64,000 nt of DNA from Candidatus Woesebacteria bacterium UBA1430 (GTDB taxonomy: Bacteria > Patescibacteriota > Microgenomatia > UBA8517): positions 4,131 to 68,130 of the forward strand of contig DCTW01000005.1 in assembly GCA_002329465.1 (NCBI GenBank), read 5' to 3'. The first letter of the stretch is position 1; every line of letters starts with the position of its first letter. The notes beneath the pieces are model-generated. The model was not told the origin of the DNA and did not search any database. It worked only from the letters and a program-made list of their open reading frames with translations. The position numbers were made by a program, and so were the translations under genes. This document shows positions 1 to 9,222 of the stretch, one piece after another.

Positions 1-1375
1 TAATTCTTTCTTGATATACCCGATCATTTAATAGCTCTAGGGCAAAGGTAATTAGGCCCGGTAGATATTGCATAATTTCCGGATCATCAGTATATTCCTC
101 CAGATGCCGGAGTTTATTGTCAATAGCTTCACAAAGCAACAAAAACGGTGAACGAGCACAGCCCTGAGGCCTGATTTGGCTTCGAATTTTTTCTAAATCT
201 AGCCCAGATTGTTTATTCACACGAATCCATAAGGGGTCAAAAATTTGGTAAAAATCAAACAAAGATAGCATAGCGGCCCCCCAAACCTCTTTTGCTTGAG
301 AAGTCTTTGCATATTTTATAAAGATCTTAATATGCTGATCTACAACCTCATCGATAATCTTTAGCGTCTGGTTTTCTATTTCTGCCACTTCTTTCGTGGG
401 TAATTCAAGTAACCTTATGTGTCCATTTGCGAATGAGTATTGAACTTGCTTCAAGTCTCTGGAGAAATCAGCAGCCGCTAAGGCTGTTGCATTAAGATGA
501 ATAGAATTTTCGCGTAAAGTATCTATATATCTGTTAAACGGATTGTATATTTCTACAATTTCCTTTTCATAAGACGATAAATGAGAAGTATCGATTGTTA
601 GAGGTTGTGCCTCAAATACCTCTCGAGTCACAGCGGAAGCAGTACTTTTTGCGGTCGTTCCCAGTATAAACCCCGTACCTACTACTCCAAGTTTGAGAAA
701 TGATCGGCGAGAAAATCCCCTTTTTTTGTTTAGCGTTTTATTGTAACCCAATTTTCTGTCTAGATACGAAGTAACGAATTCCGAAGCTATGCTCGAACTA
801 AAAAATGTAATCTGTCCAGATATTTGGGCTAGAACCTGTGTATCTCTCATATAATCCAAAAAATTTCTTGTGCTCATACGTGTATCACAAATTCCTATTA
901 TCGCGGATTTCTGATACTTTTTTCGTTCCTCTGATACGCTCTCTTTAGATACGAACTCGATGCCTGAAGGGCCATATTTTGTTTTTTCAGGAAATACATT
1001 TATTGGATCCTCCTCTGATATTTGAAACCAGGGAAATTCTCCAACAAGCAAAGTTTTATCCGCCTTATCTTTTGGCACCGAAACACTATGTCCGCCTTTT
1101 TCCCAGATATCAATTATTGGAGTAAGCCCGTATAAGTCTTTTAGATGCTGCTTCGTTTTGATTAGCTCTCTAAAATATCTTGCCTCTATTGATAAATCAG
1201 GCCCCAACAATATGCCGGACATTGGCGCAACCATACCCGCTATTGTTAAAACTGGTGCATTTTTAACGACATCCCTGCGTGTTAATCCTTTTCCTGTCGG
1301 TGAGTGTTCCATGGATATTTCATGGTTAGGCTCGCTCATTTGTTTCTGTGTCCCTAGGAAGAATCGAACTTCCAT
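1..1375 (-). CDS. Partial hypothetical protein with two twin-arginine-like motifs. The 3' end runs off the window, so it is missing from the ORF track.
   Basis: An uninterrupted minus-strand reading frame runs from an ATG at 1373-1375 to position 1 with no stop. The translation contains 'TRRDVVKNAPVLTIAGMVAPMSG' and 'SRRSFLKLGVVGTGFILGTTAKSTASAV', both resembling an RRxFLK motif followed by a hydrophobic stretch. The true start is uncertain; an internal ATG at 848-850 is an alternative. Confidence 0.4.
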   Translation of the reverse strand, partial: MEVRFFLGTQKQMSEPNHEISMEHSPTGKGLTRRDVVKNAPVLTIAGMVAPMSGILLGPDLSIEARYFRELIKTKQHLKDLYGLTPIIDIWEKGGHSVSVPKDKADKTLLVGEFPWFQISEEDPINVFPEKTKYGPSGIEFVSKESVSEERKKYQKSAIIGICDTRMSTRNFLDYMRDTQVLAQISGQITFFSSSIASEFVTSYLDRKLGYNKTLNKKRGFSRRSFLKLGVVGTGFILGTTAKSTASAVTREVFEAQPLTIDTSHLSSYEKEIVEIYNPFNRYIDTLRENSIHLNATALAAADFSRDLKQVQYSFANGHIRLLELPTKEVAEIENQTLKIIDEVVDQHIKIFIKYAKTSQAKEVWGAAMLSLFDFYQIFDPLWIRVNKQSGLDLEKIRSQIRPQGCARSPFLLLCEAIDNKLRHLEEYTDDPEIMQYLPGLITFALELLNDRVYQERI

Positions 1376-1435
1376 TTCAGGTTTAGGAAACCCGCGTTCT
1401 ATCCGTTGAACTATAGGGACTTGTTATTATACAAT

Positions 1436-2605
1436 CTACTTCAAACTCAGCCAATAAAGATTTGGCACGCTTTCGCCCCCAAAATTGGTAAGAAGAAGTA
1501 TCCTATTGCTGCTTGTTGAAGGATAGGCGTGGGGGTATTCGTAATTTCCGGTAAAAACAACCTGCCTGTTCGTCCCGTCATAGTCAAGTATAGAAATCTT
1601 ATCCTCGCTCGGTAAAAGAATATTAAGGGAATTTGAAAGCCAGGAAAGGTTTTCATTAGGATCACCAACCAAGAAATTTTTATCTTCCTTTATGTCATAA
1701 ACATAGCTTGCACCCTCCTTCAAGTTTCTGGACTCAGCTTGAGTGGAGGAGCCGGGAAGCGGCTTGACAAGTCCGGTTGGGATGCTCGTCTGAGACTCTG
1801 CGGTATATAAGATACGGTTTTCATCGGGTGAAAATTTAATATTAGTTGCGTGCTGCTTAAATACTTTTTCTATCTCATCAGGAAGCTGGGAAAGCTTGGA
1901 TGTTTCGCGCTTGGCAAGTTCTGCATTCCATTCCGTTCTAATTTCCTCAACACGGCTTGCTACATTCACCATTTGTGTCTGGGGTGTAAAAACGGACGTA
2001 TCAAGCAGGAACACCCCATTTTTTGTGGTAAGGAGTATTTCGCGTCCATCAGGCGACCATTCCCAGCTTGATTCTAAAAGATTACCATCGGTAATCCTTC
2101 TTGCATCTCTGTTAAATCCCAAAGGCAAGTTTACGGTTTCAAGCACCCAAAGCCCGGCTTTTTCCTCATTGTCCGAATTTGTAGGTACACCGTATGAAAT
2201 TTTTGAAAAATCAGGGCTAAGTGTTGGATTAAAAGCGCCCGAAAAAGTAAGTGCGGTTAATGAAGGCGCAAGCTGTACCAAAAAAGCATCAATTTGGGTA
2301 ACCGTTTCCTTTTCTATAGTAATGCGCTTCTCCCAGGGAAGAAATCCCTCCTTTTTAACCTGGATATTATAAGTTCCGGGTATTAACGAAATAGTGTTGT
2401 TGGTAGCGGTCTTAAGCTCATTATCTACAAAAACTTGTGCACCTGTTGGATCCGAATTGGCAACCAAAAGCCCCCTTGTGCTTATTGAAATTTTTTCCTC
2501 TCTAAGCCCAAGCCGATACCCGCGGGCATAAAGTATTGCTATACTTCCAAAAATAATGAGTATCACTACGGTGAGCAAAAAAACGGCAATTCTTGCCTTT
2601 GTCAT
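1436..2605 (-). CDS. Membrane-anchored PEGA-domain protein with a TolB/WD40-like beta-propeller region.
   Basis: There is an N-terminal transmembrane helix. The PEGA-like block is 'PGTYNIQVKKEGFLPWEKRITIEKE'. The propeller-like motif is 'WSPDGREILL'. Confidence 0.55.
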   Translation of the reverse strand: MTKARIAVFLLTVVILIIFGSIAILYARGYRLGLREEKISISTRGLLVANSDPTGAQVFVDNELKTATNNTISLIPGTYNIQVKKEGFLPWEKRITIEKETVTQIDAFLVQLAPSLTALTFSGAFNPTLSPDFSKISYGVPTNSDNEEKAGLWVLETVNLPLGFNRDARRITDGNLLESSWEWSPDGREILLTTKNGVFLLDTSVFTPQTQMVNVASRVEEIRTEWNAELAKRETSKLSQLPDEIEKVFKQHATNIKFSPDENRILYTAESQTSIPTGLVKPLPGSSTQAESRNLKEGASYVYDIKEDKNFLVGDPNENLSWLSNSLNILLPSEDKISILDYDGTNRQVVFTGNYEYPHAYPSTSSNRILLLTNFGGESVPNLYWLSLK

Positions 2606-2732
2606 AGCTAATTATACCACTTGTTGAAGTGGGATTTCATTAATATACTTACAATAGTCAATTTTAATCAAATATATCTTAATACAATGATAATAGATCA
2701 AAATGTATACAATATTCATTAATCATTAATCT

Positions 2733-3740
2733 ATGTTGCGCAAACGTTTAGCCATAGATTTAGGTACAGCCAATACTCTTGTCTGGATAGCTGGTGAGGG
2801 AATAGTCGCAAACGAGCCAAGTGTAGTAGCGATTTCTGCTGAGGACAATAAAGTCGTGGCCGTTGGCGAAGACGCCAAAAGAATGCTGGGCCGCACTCCC
2901 GAAACATTAGTCGCAAGTAGGCCAATGAGAGAGGGAGTAATTGCCGATTATCAAGTAACAAAAGCAATGCTTCGCTATTTTATCAACAAGGTGGCTTCAA
3001 AATCTTTCGTCTTAAGGCCGGATGTGATGGTTTGCGTACCAGCGGGGTGCACACAAGTCGAGAGACGTGCGGCACTTGATGCCACTTTGGAAGCCGGAGC
3101 CGCCCATGCATATCTTATAGATGAGCCATTGGCTGCTGCAATCGGGGCAAATATACCGGTATCCGCTCCAAGCGGACACATGATAATCGATATTGGAGGA
3201 GGAGCGGCTGAAGCAGCGGTTCTAAGCCTTGGGGGAGTCGTTGTTCACAAAAGCGTACGGGTCGCAGGAAATAAAATAGACGAAGCAATTCAAAATTACC
3301 TCAAAAAAAAACACAACTTAATAATAGGAGATCAAACTGCAGAGGATATAAAAATTAAAATAGGCTCCGCAGTAAAACTGGAAAAAGAAGAAAAAATACA
3401 GATTTCAGGAAGGGATGTGGTATTCGGCCTGCCAAGAAGTGTGGTGGTAACGTCAACTGAAGTAACAGACGCAATTTATCCGCCCCTATCCCAAATTATA
3501 GGCGCAGTTAAAGCAGTTCTTGAAGAAACGCCCCCCGAGCTTGCTTCCGATATTATAGATAAGGGAATTGTTATGAGCGGAGGCACAAGCCTTCTTAGAA
3601 ATTTTGATAAATTATTAACAGAAGAAACGGGTGTTCCAAGCCATGTTGCAGAAGAGGCTTTGTACTGTGTCGTGCGCGGAACAGGAATAGTGCTTGAAAA
3701 CATAGAACTCTGGAAGAGAAGCGTTACAACGAAAAGATAA
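2733..3740 (+). CDS. mreB: Rod shape-determining protein MreB (paralog 1).
   Basis: The actin-fold N-terminus 'LAIDLGTANTLVWIAGEGIVANEPSVVAI' and the full-length MreB signature are present. Confidence 0.9.
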   Translation: MLRKRLAIDLGTANTLVWIAGEGIVANEPSVVAISAEDNKVVAVGEDAKRMLGRTPETLVASRPMREGVIADYQVTKAMLRYFINKVASKSFVLRPDVMVCVPAGCTQVERRAALDATLEAGAAHAYLIDEPLAAAIGANIPVSAPSGHMIIDIGGGAAEAAVLSLGGVVVHKSVRVAGNKIDEAIQNYLKKKHNLIIGDQTAEDIKIKIGSAVKLEKEEKIQISGRDVVFGLPRSVVVTSTEVTDAIYPPLSQIIGAVKAVLEETPPELASDIIDKGIVMSGGTSLLRNFDKLLTEETGVPSHVAEEALYCVVRGTGIVLENIELWKRSVTTKR

Positions 3741-4158
3741 AACTATAAGTTTTTAAGAGATAACAAATTTCTTAAAAAAACAAAAAAAATAAAAGTTTTA
3801 AAATTAAAAAAACAGTAAAATTAAAAAAATTCGAACAATAAAATAAAGTATATAGTATAAACTAATTAATATTTTAGAGATTGTTGACAAAATGAGGATA
3901 ACATTAAAAAATTTAAGTCAAAAAAATGAATAAAAAATTTCAACAGAATTGTTAATTTTTAAAACGGTATAATTTAATTATTATAACTTATAGTAAAAGT
4001 GACAAAAAAATAAAAAAATCGGTATTACAAAAAGTCATAAAAACCAAACCAAATTTAGCTATAGGTTATTAATAAGAAAGCATTTTTATAATCCAAACAA
4101 AAATTGGTTATAAAAAGGCTCTAAAAAATATCAAAAAACCAAGTAATAAAGACAAAAA

Positions 4159-4932
4159 ATGACTCGCAAACACGGAAAAATAATGGGAATTAGCATTTCT
4201 AGCACTCAAGTGAGCAAAGTGCTAAAATTTATAGACTTTAGCCTCAAAAAAAAGCACAAATTTTTTATTGCTACACCAAATCCTGAAATTTTAGTTGAGG
4301 CTAGCAAAAACAATAGTCTTCAAAAAGCGCTTAGATCCGCAGACATCTTGCTTCCGGATGGCGCCGGTCTTATTTTAGCCTCAAAATTTTTAGGCTTTAA
4401 GCTTAATCGGATAACAGGAAGAAAAATGTTTGAAAAAATCCTAAAGTTTGCAGATCAAAAAAATTTAAAAATTTTTCTCTTGGGCTCCTCAGGAAAAGTT
4501 ATATCGCTTTGCCTCAAGCGCTTGAAAGGTGAATATAGCACCATAAAGGCATCAGGCTTTGAAGGGCCTTTTTTAGATAAAGAGGGTAGCCCTATTACCA
4601 ATAAAGACTTGGAAGCAGAAAAAAGGGCTTTGAGAATGATAAACACCTTTAAGCCTGATATTCTATTTGTAGCCTTCGGGGCGCCAAAGCAAGAAATCTG
4701 GCTTAACAACAACTTACATAAGCTCAAAATAGGTGGGGGTATGGTTGTTGGTGGTACATTTGATTATTTTTCAGGGGTAAAGCCGCTGCCGCCGCGCTTT
4801 CTCTCCAAAATAGGCCTCGAGTGGCTCTGGCGCCTAATTTACGACCCAAAAAGATTAAAAAGGATCTTTAATGCACTTGTCGTTTTCCCATTTTTGGTAC
4901 TGTTCAAAAAACAAAATGAAAGAAAAAATTAA
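4159..4932 (+). CDS. WecB/TagA/CpsF-family glycosyltransferase.
   Basis: The motifs 'FIATPNPEIL', 'LLPDGAGL' and 'FGAPKQE' are typical of N-acetylmannosaminyltransferase-family enzymes. Confidence 0.7.
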   Translation: MTRKHGKIMGISISSTQVSKVLKFIDFSLKKKHKFFIATPNPEILVEASKNNSLQKALRSADILLPDGAGLILASKFLGFKLNRITGRKMFEKILKFADQKNLKIFLLGSSGKVISLCLKRLKGEYSTIKASGFEGPFLDKEGSPITNKDLEAEKRALRMINTFKPDILFVAFGAPKQEIWLNNNLHKLKIGGGMVVGGTFDYFSGVKPLPPRFLSKIGLEWLWRLIYDPKRLKRIFNALVVFPFLVLFKKQNERKN

Positions 4933-5335
4933 CGTTTTCGGACTTAAAGGATGTATGCTTCCAAACGGTAATCTGTGCGAGGTTTGTTGCAAACTTTTTG
5001 AGCATCCCATACACGAATCATTTGGAGAAGTTACAGTTAAAAAAGCATTGTCTCCATGCCCTTATCTTAAAAGCTTAAGAGGAGAGGGTAGAGGTTGCTT
5101 ATTGCATAAAACTTCTGAACAAACAGATGTTTGTGCAAATTTCCACTGCAGTCAATATCCGGATCCTGAATACATCATTGCCGGGGCAATAGCTTTTGGT
5201 GAAATAACTTGCGAAGAAGCAGCCTCCATAGTAGATGAAGAAGCGCTTGAAAGAATAATCGAAAGGTCAGAACAAATAAGATTGAAATATAATAATAGAG
5301 CTCAAGTAGAATACTTTGAATTTGAACAGCCATGA
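4916..5335 (+). CDS. Cys-rich hypothetical protein. It overlaps the end of the glycosyltransferase gene and directly precedes the mevalonate-pathway gene.
   Basis: An ORF of 140-154 aa carries several CxxC/CC motifs ('CEVCCKLF', 'CPYLK', 'CANFHCSQ'). I recognise no family. Confidence 0.35.
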   Translation: MKEKINVFGLKGCMLPNGNLCEVCCKLFEHPIHESFGEVTVKKALSPCPYLKSLRGEGRGCLLHKTSEQTDVCANFHCSQYPDPEYIIAGAIAFGEITCEEAASIVDEEALERIIERSEQIRLKYNNRAQVEYFEFEQP

Positions 5336-6297
5336 AAGCCGCAGCAAAAGCAACCTCAAATATAGCATTCATAAAATATTGGGGCAAAAAAGATGAAGCT
5401 TTAAGAATTCCTGCGAATTCATCAATCTCAATGAATCTTTCAAACGCTTACTCAATTACCTCTGTGGAATTAAGTAAAAACCTGAAAAAAGATCAAGTTT
5501 ACCTAAATTCTAAAAAAGCCGAGGAAGATGAATACACCCGTATAGTAAAGCATCTTGATTTAATTAGAGCTCTGGCAAAATCAAATCTTTTTGCCAAAGT
5601 TAAAAGCAGAAATAGTTTTCCAAAAGGCACTGGTATTGCTTCATCGGCTTCGGGATTCGCCGCACTTACTCTTGCTGCTACTAAAGCTTTTAAGCTAAAT
5701 CTGTCTCAAAAAAAGCTCTCAATCTTAGCGCGCCTTGGATCAGGCTCGGCATGCAGGTCAATTCCGCCCGGGTTCGTTGAGTGGGTTAAGGGGGCAGATT
5801 CGAAAACCTCATACGCAAAAACGCTTTATCCTCCAAGCTATTGGGATATACTCGATATCGTAGCAATAGTGGGGGAATCCAAAAAAGAAATTTCTTCTAC
5901 AAAAGGGCATTCCCTAACCGGCACAAGCCCATTTTTTAATAAAAGAATTGCCGATTTGCCTCAAAAAATAAAAGATATTAAAAAAGCTCTTAAATTCAAA
6001 GATTTCACTAAATTAGGGACCATCATCGAAGAAGAAGCTCTAAATATGCATGCGGTAATGCTCACCCAGCGCCCGCCGCTTATCTATTTCAACTCAAGCT
6101 CACTTTCGATAATTCGCGAAATTTACGAGATGAGAAAAAAGGGGATAGAAGCATACTTTACACTCGACGCAGGCCCCAACGTTCATATTATCTGTAAGGC
6201 GCCAGACGCGCCAAAAATCAAAAAAATTCTCAAAAACCAAAAGATTGTCAAAAAAATTTTGGTTAACAAACCTGGAAACGGCACTGAAATAATTTAG
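5332..6297 (+). CDS. mvaD: Diphosphomevalonate decarboxylase (GHMP kinase family).
   Basis: The MVD signature 'NIAFIKYWGKKD' is present, along with the GHMP ATP-binding motif 'PKGTGIASSASGFAAL'. Confidence 0.8.
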   Translation: MKAAAKATSNIAFIKYWGKKDEALRIPANSSISMNLSNAYSITSVELSKNLKKDQVYLNSKKAEEDEYTRIVKHLDLIRALAKSNLFAKVKSRNSFPKGTGIASSASGFAALTLAATKAFKLNLSQKKLSILARLGSGSACRSIPPGFVEWVKGADSKTSYAKTLYPPSYWDILDIVAIVGESKKEISSTKGHSLTGTSPFFNKRIADLPQKIKDIKKALKFKDFTKLGTIIEEEALNMHAVMLTQRPPLIYFNSSSLSIIREIYEMRKKGIEAYFTLDAGPNVHIICKAPDAPKIKKILKNQKIVKKILVNKPGNGTEII

Positions 6298-6327
6298 CGA
6301 AAAATACATATGCTATAATCCATCATT

Positions 6328-6834
6328 ATGGAGCGACGCTTTGAAATAGAAAAGATAGAAATAAGCAATTTATATAGCTTGATTACTAACCCCTTGAGAA
6401 GAGACACGTTGGCAAGAAAACAGCAAGGTGTTGGTGTGGTTATTATTTCAGATAGAAAAATTTTGATGGTTCAGGAAAATAGAAAAGATAAAAAGTATGG
6501 CACAGAAGTTGATATGTGGTCTTTTCCGGCAGGTACTATGGAAAAGGAAGAATCTCCAGCCGATACTGCAATGAGAGAAGTTTTAGAAGAGACAAATAGT
6601 CGGATAACCTCACTAGAGTACTTTGGGTCTTATTTTTATACCAACCAAGCAATAGGCCACATTTATCTGGGAAATATAGATCCTGAACCTGATGGTCTTA
6701 AATCAAACGATAGTGACATTAAAAACGTCAAGTGGATCCCAATAGAACGCATGTTAAATGGTGAAATGAATCTAAGACCTTTTGTAAAAGAGATAGTCAT
6801 GGATGTTACTCTTAATGGTCACGATTCAAAATAA
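6328..6834 (+). CDS. NUDIX hydrolase.
   Basis: The Nudix box is 'GTMEKEESPADTAMREVLEETN'. The IDI-1 catalytic Cys motif is absent, so this is not a type-1 isopentenyl-diphosphate isomerase. Confidence 0.7.
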   Translation: MERRFEIEKIEISNLYSLITNPLRRDTLARKQQGVGVVIISDRKILMVQENRKDKKYGTEVDMWSFPAGTMEKEESPADTAMREVLEETNSRITSLEYFGSYFYTNQAIGHIYLGNIDPEPDGLKSNDSDIKNVKWIPIERMLNGEMNLRPFVKEIVMDVTLNGHDSK

Positions 6835-7903
6835 AATCAATTAAAAGCTTGATACTACTCCTTTGAGGCTCTTTTTTAAGAAATCCTAGCCGCGCTTCAA
6901 ACAACCGGTTAGATTTGTCCTTCAAATGTCTGGCCGCGCTCCGTGCATAATCAATACTTCCGTGCTTGTTCATCATATTTAAAATCCACTTTATTTCCTT
7001 TTTGGTTTTTTGCTCTCTTTTTTTGCCGAGGATCACCCCAAGCTTTTCAAAATCCGATTTGTTTAAATTTCTTGCAAGATGTCCGAGAATAAGCGTTCTT
7101 TTCCCCTCATATATATCATTGGCCATCTCTTTTTTCCCGCCGAAATCGCCGGTTAGATCCAAAATATCATCAACAAGCTGAAAGCATCGCCCAAGATAAA
7201 CCCCAAACTCAGTTATAGCCTGAAGCTCATCCTCACTCGCACCTGCGATAATTGCTCCGAGCCTCATTGGACCGGCGATTGTGTAGTAAGAAGTTTTTCC
7301 GTCAACTATAAAAAAATAGTCTTCATCACTGATCGTTTTCCGATTATTTTCTGTCCAGATGGCTTCAACAGATTGTCCCATATAAGTTCTAACAAGAATT
7401 TTGTACATTTCTTCGTATATCGCCTCGGATTTTTCTCGCCCCAGAAGTTTGTAATTTTTGGATAACAATTGCCATATTGCGCTTTGGAGATGGTCCCCTG
7501 CGTTGATAGAAACATTTACTCCGTATATCCTGTGAAGCGCTTTTTTGCCGCGTCTTTTGGTTGATCCATCCATAATATCATCATGTACAAGAAGAAAGTC
7601 CTCGGATAGCTGCATAGCAGTAGCGGTAGGCAAAATTTTCTTGCGGCTAGCTCCCATTGCTTCTGCCGTAAGCATTAGAAGTGCCGGCCTTAAATATTTA
7701 CCCTTGCGCCTTGGATATTCGCGAACGGCATGAGAGTGAATATTGGTATAATTTTGATACTTTTTAGGTATTCTAAATTTTTCTGGGAATAAGGGATCGT
7801 CAAGCGCTCTGTCAATAAGAGGCCAAATTATTTTTCTATAATCCTCTAAAATTTTATAGGCTTCGTGTTTTTTAGCTGTCATTCCAGGTAGATTATATTT
7901 CAA
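6812..7903 (-). CDS. Polyprenyl (geranylgeranyl/farnesyl) diphosphate synthase.
   Basis: Both aspartate-rich motifs are present: 'LVHDDIMDG' (FARM) and 'QLVDDILDLTGD' (SARM). Confidence 0.85.
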   Translation of the reverse strand: MKYNLPGMTAKKHEAYKILEDYRKIIWPLIDRALDDPLFPEKFRIPKKYQNYTNIHSHAVREYPRRKGKYLRPALLMLTAEAMGASRKKILPTATAMQLSEDFLLVHDDIMDGSTKRRGKKALHRIYGVNVSINAGDHLQSAIWQLLSKNYKLLGREKSEAIYEEMYKILVRTYMGQSVEAIWTENNRKTISDEDYFFIVDGKTSYYTIAGPMRLGAIIAGASEDELQAITEFGVYLGRCFQLVDDILDLTGDFGGKKEMANDIYEGKRTLILGHLARNLNKSDFEKLGVILGKKREQKTKKEIKWILNMMNKHGSIDYARSAARHLKDKSNRLFEARLGFLKKEPQRSSIKLLIDFILNRDH

Positions 7904-7941
7904 ATGATATCACAAACCAAATATGTGATATAATCTTTACT

Positions 7942-9222
7942 ATGCCGGAAAAGTTGGCAACTCTTCCCAAAGGCACAAAAATTCCAAACCATATAGCAAT
8001 TATCCCGGACGGCAACAGGCGCTGGGCTAGGGCAAGAGGATTGGATCCTTCGGATGGGCATAAAATAGGAGCGGAAAGGGTACACGAGATTGTCTGTACC
8101 GCACGCGATTGGGGAGTACATACAGTTACCTTTTGGGGGCTTTCTACCGAAAACTGGCGTGAAAGAAGCCCCAAAGAAGTAAAAATTTTATACCAAACAA
8201 TAAATAAATTTATAGATAAGCATCTTGTTGAAGCAAAAAAAGACGGAGCGAGAATAATCCATCTTGGCAGAAAAGATCGCCTTCCTCGCTGGCTAATTAA
8301 AAAAATTAGCAAAGCGGAAAAAGAAACCATTAACAATACAAAATATGTTTTCAATATAGCCTTGGATTATGGCGGCCAGGACGAAATAATTCGTGCAGTT
8401 CAAAAAATAGTCAAAGACAAAGTCAAGCCTGAAGAAATAACGGTAAAATTAATAGATAGCTATATGGATACAAAAGACCAGCCATATCCGTATCCGGATC
8501 TTTTAATTAGAACATCAGGTGAGCAACGAACAAGCGGTCTTCTTCTCTGGCAATCCGATTACACAGAAATGTACTGGGAAACAGATCATCTTCCGGCATT
8601 TACCCCGGAAAAGCTAAAAGATGCAATCCTTGATTATTCAAGACGAAGAAGGCGTTTTGGCGGAAACGATAGCGAAAAGCACTTTGCCTTTAAACCTGCT
8701 GTCGCGGCCAAATTGGAGCTTGATTGGTGGAGATTGGCAAATATTCCCGAGGACAAGTCTTTCGGAGAATATACAAAGGAGCATCTTGTTGAGCAGTGGG
8801 GATTATCAAAAAGTTTGGCCGGAAAAGGCGCAAAGCTTATGGCAGAGGCCTTGGTTCATGGAAAAAGAGAAAAATGGGTTAAGTCCAAAAAATACCTAAA
8901 AGAATTTTATAAACTCATTAAAGACGAGGTTAAGCTGGCTTTCGAGCCTTCGCTTGCTGCATCATTCGAGATAAACATACTCCAGCAGATAAACGGCGGA
9001 TCAAAAGAGATAGAAACAGAAAAAATAGAATACGAATCAAGAAGGTTATTATCCGAAGTCTATAGAATAAGCGATCTGCAGGCCAGGAAAGCAGCCCACC
9101 TAAGAGCACTTGCAACCCTGGAAAGAAACAGGGCGGAGCGTGGAGAAGGGGATGACCATTGGGTTAAAGCTGGTACTTATCTTGAACTATATTACGAAGC
9201 CCTCAAGGACCGCATTGCCTAA
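7942..9222 (+). CDS. uppS: Undecaprenyl-diphosphate synthase (cis-prenyltransferase) with an unusual C-terminal extension of about 185 aa.
   Basis: The UppS core carries 'HIAIIPDGNRRWA' and 'LLIRTSGEQRTSGLLLWQ'. The enzyme is 426 aa against roughly 250 aa for typical UppS proteins; the extra C-terminal region is charged and helical. Confidence 0.8.
   Translation: MPEKLATLPKGTKIPNHIAIIPDGNRRWARARGLDPSDGHKIGAERVHEIVCTARDWGVHTVTFWGLSTENWRERSPKEVKILYQTINKFIDKHLVEAKKDGARIIHLGRKDRLPRWLIKKISKAEKETINNTKYVFNIALDYGGQDEIIRAVQKIVKDKVKPEEITVKLIDSYMDTKDQPYPYPDLLIRTSGEQRTSGLLLWQSDYTEMYWETDHLPAFTPEKLKDAILDYSRRRRRFGGNDSEKHFAFKPAVAAKLELDWWRLANIPEDKSFGEYTKEHLVEQWGLSKSLAGKGAKLMAEALVHGKREKWVKSKKYLKEFYKLIKDEVKLAFEPSLAASFEINILQQINGGSKEIETEKIEYESRRLLSEVYRISDLQARKAAHLRALATLERNRAERGEGDDHWVKAGTYLELYYEALKDRIA

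Noticed and set aside
1158-1409. 83-aa plus-strand ORF.
   Set aside because: It lies inside the longer minus-strand ORF that runs off the window. No independent support.
1896-2372. 158-aa plus-strand ORF, and the 73-aa ORF at 1850-2071, inside the PEGA/propeller gene.
   Set aside because: They are entirely antisense to a longer ORF that has clear domain signatures. Their composition looks like a shadow frame.
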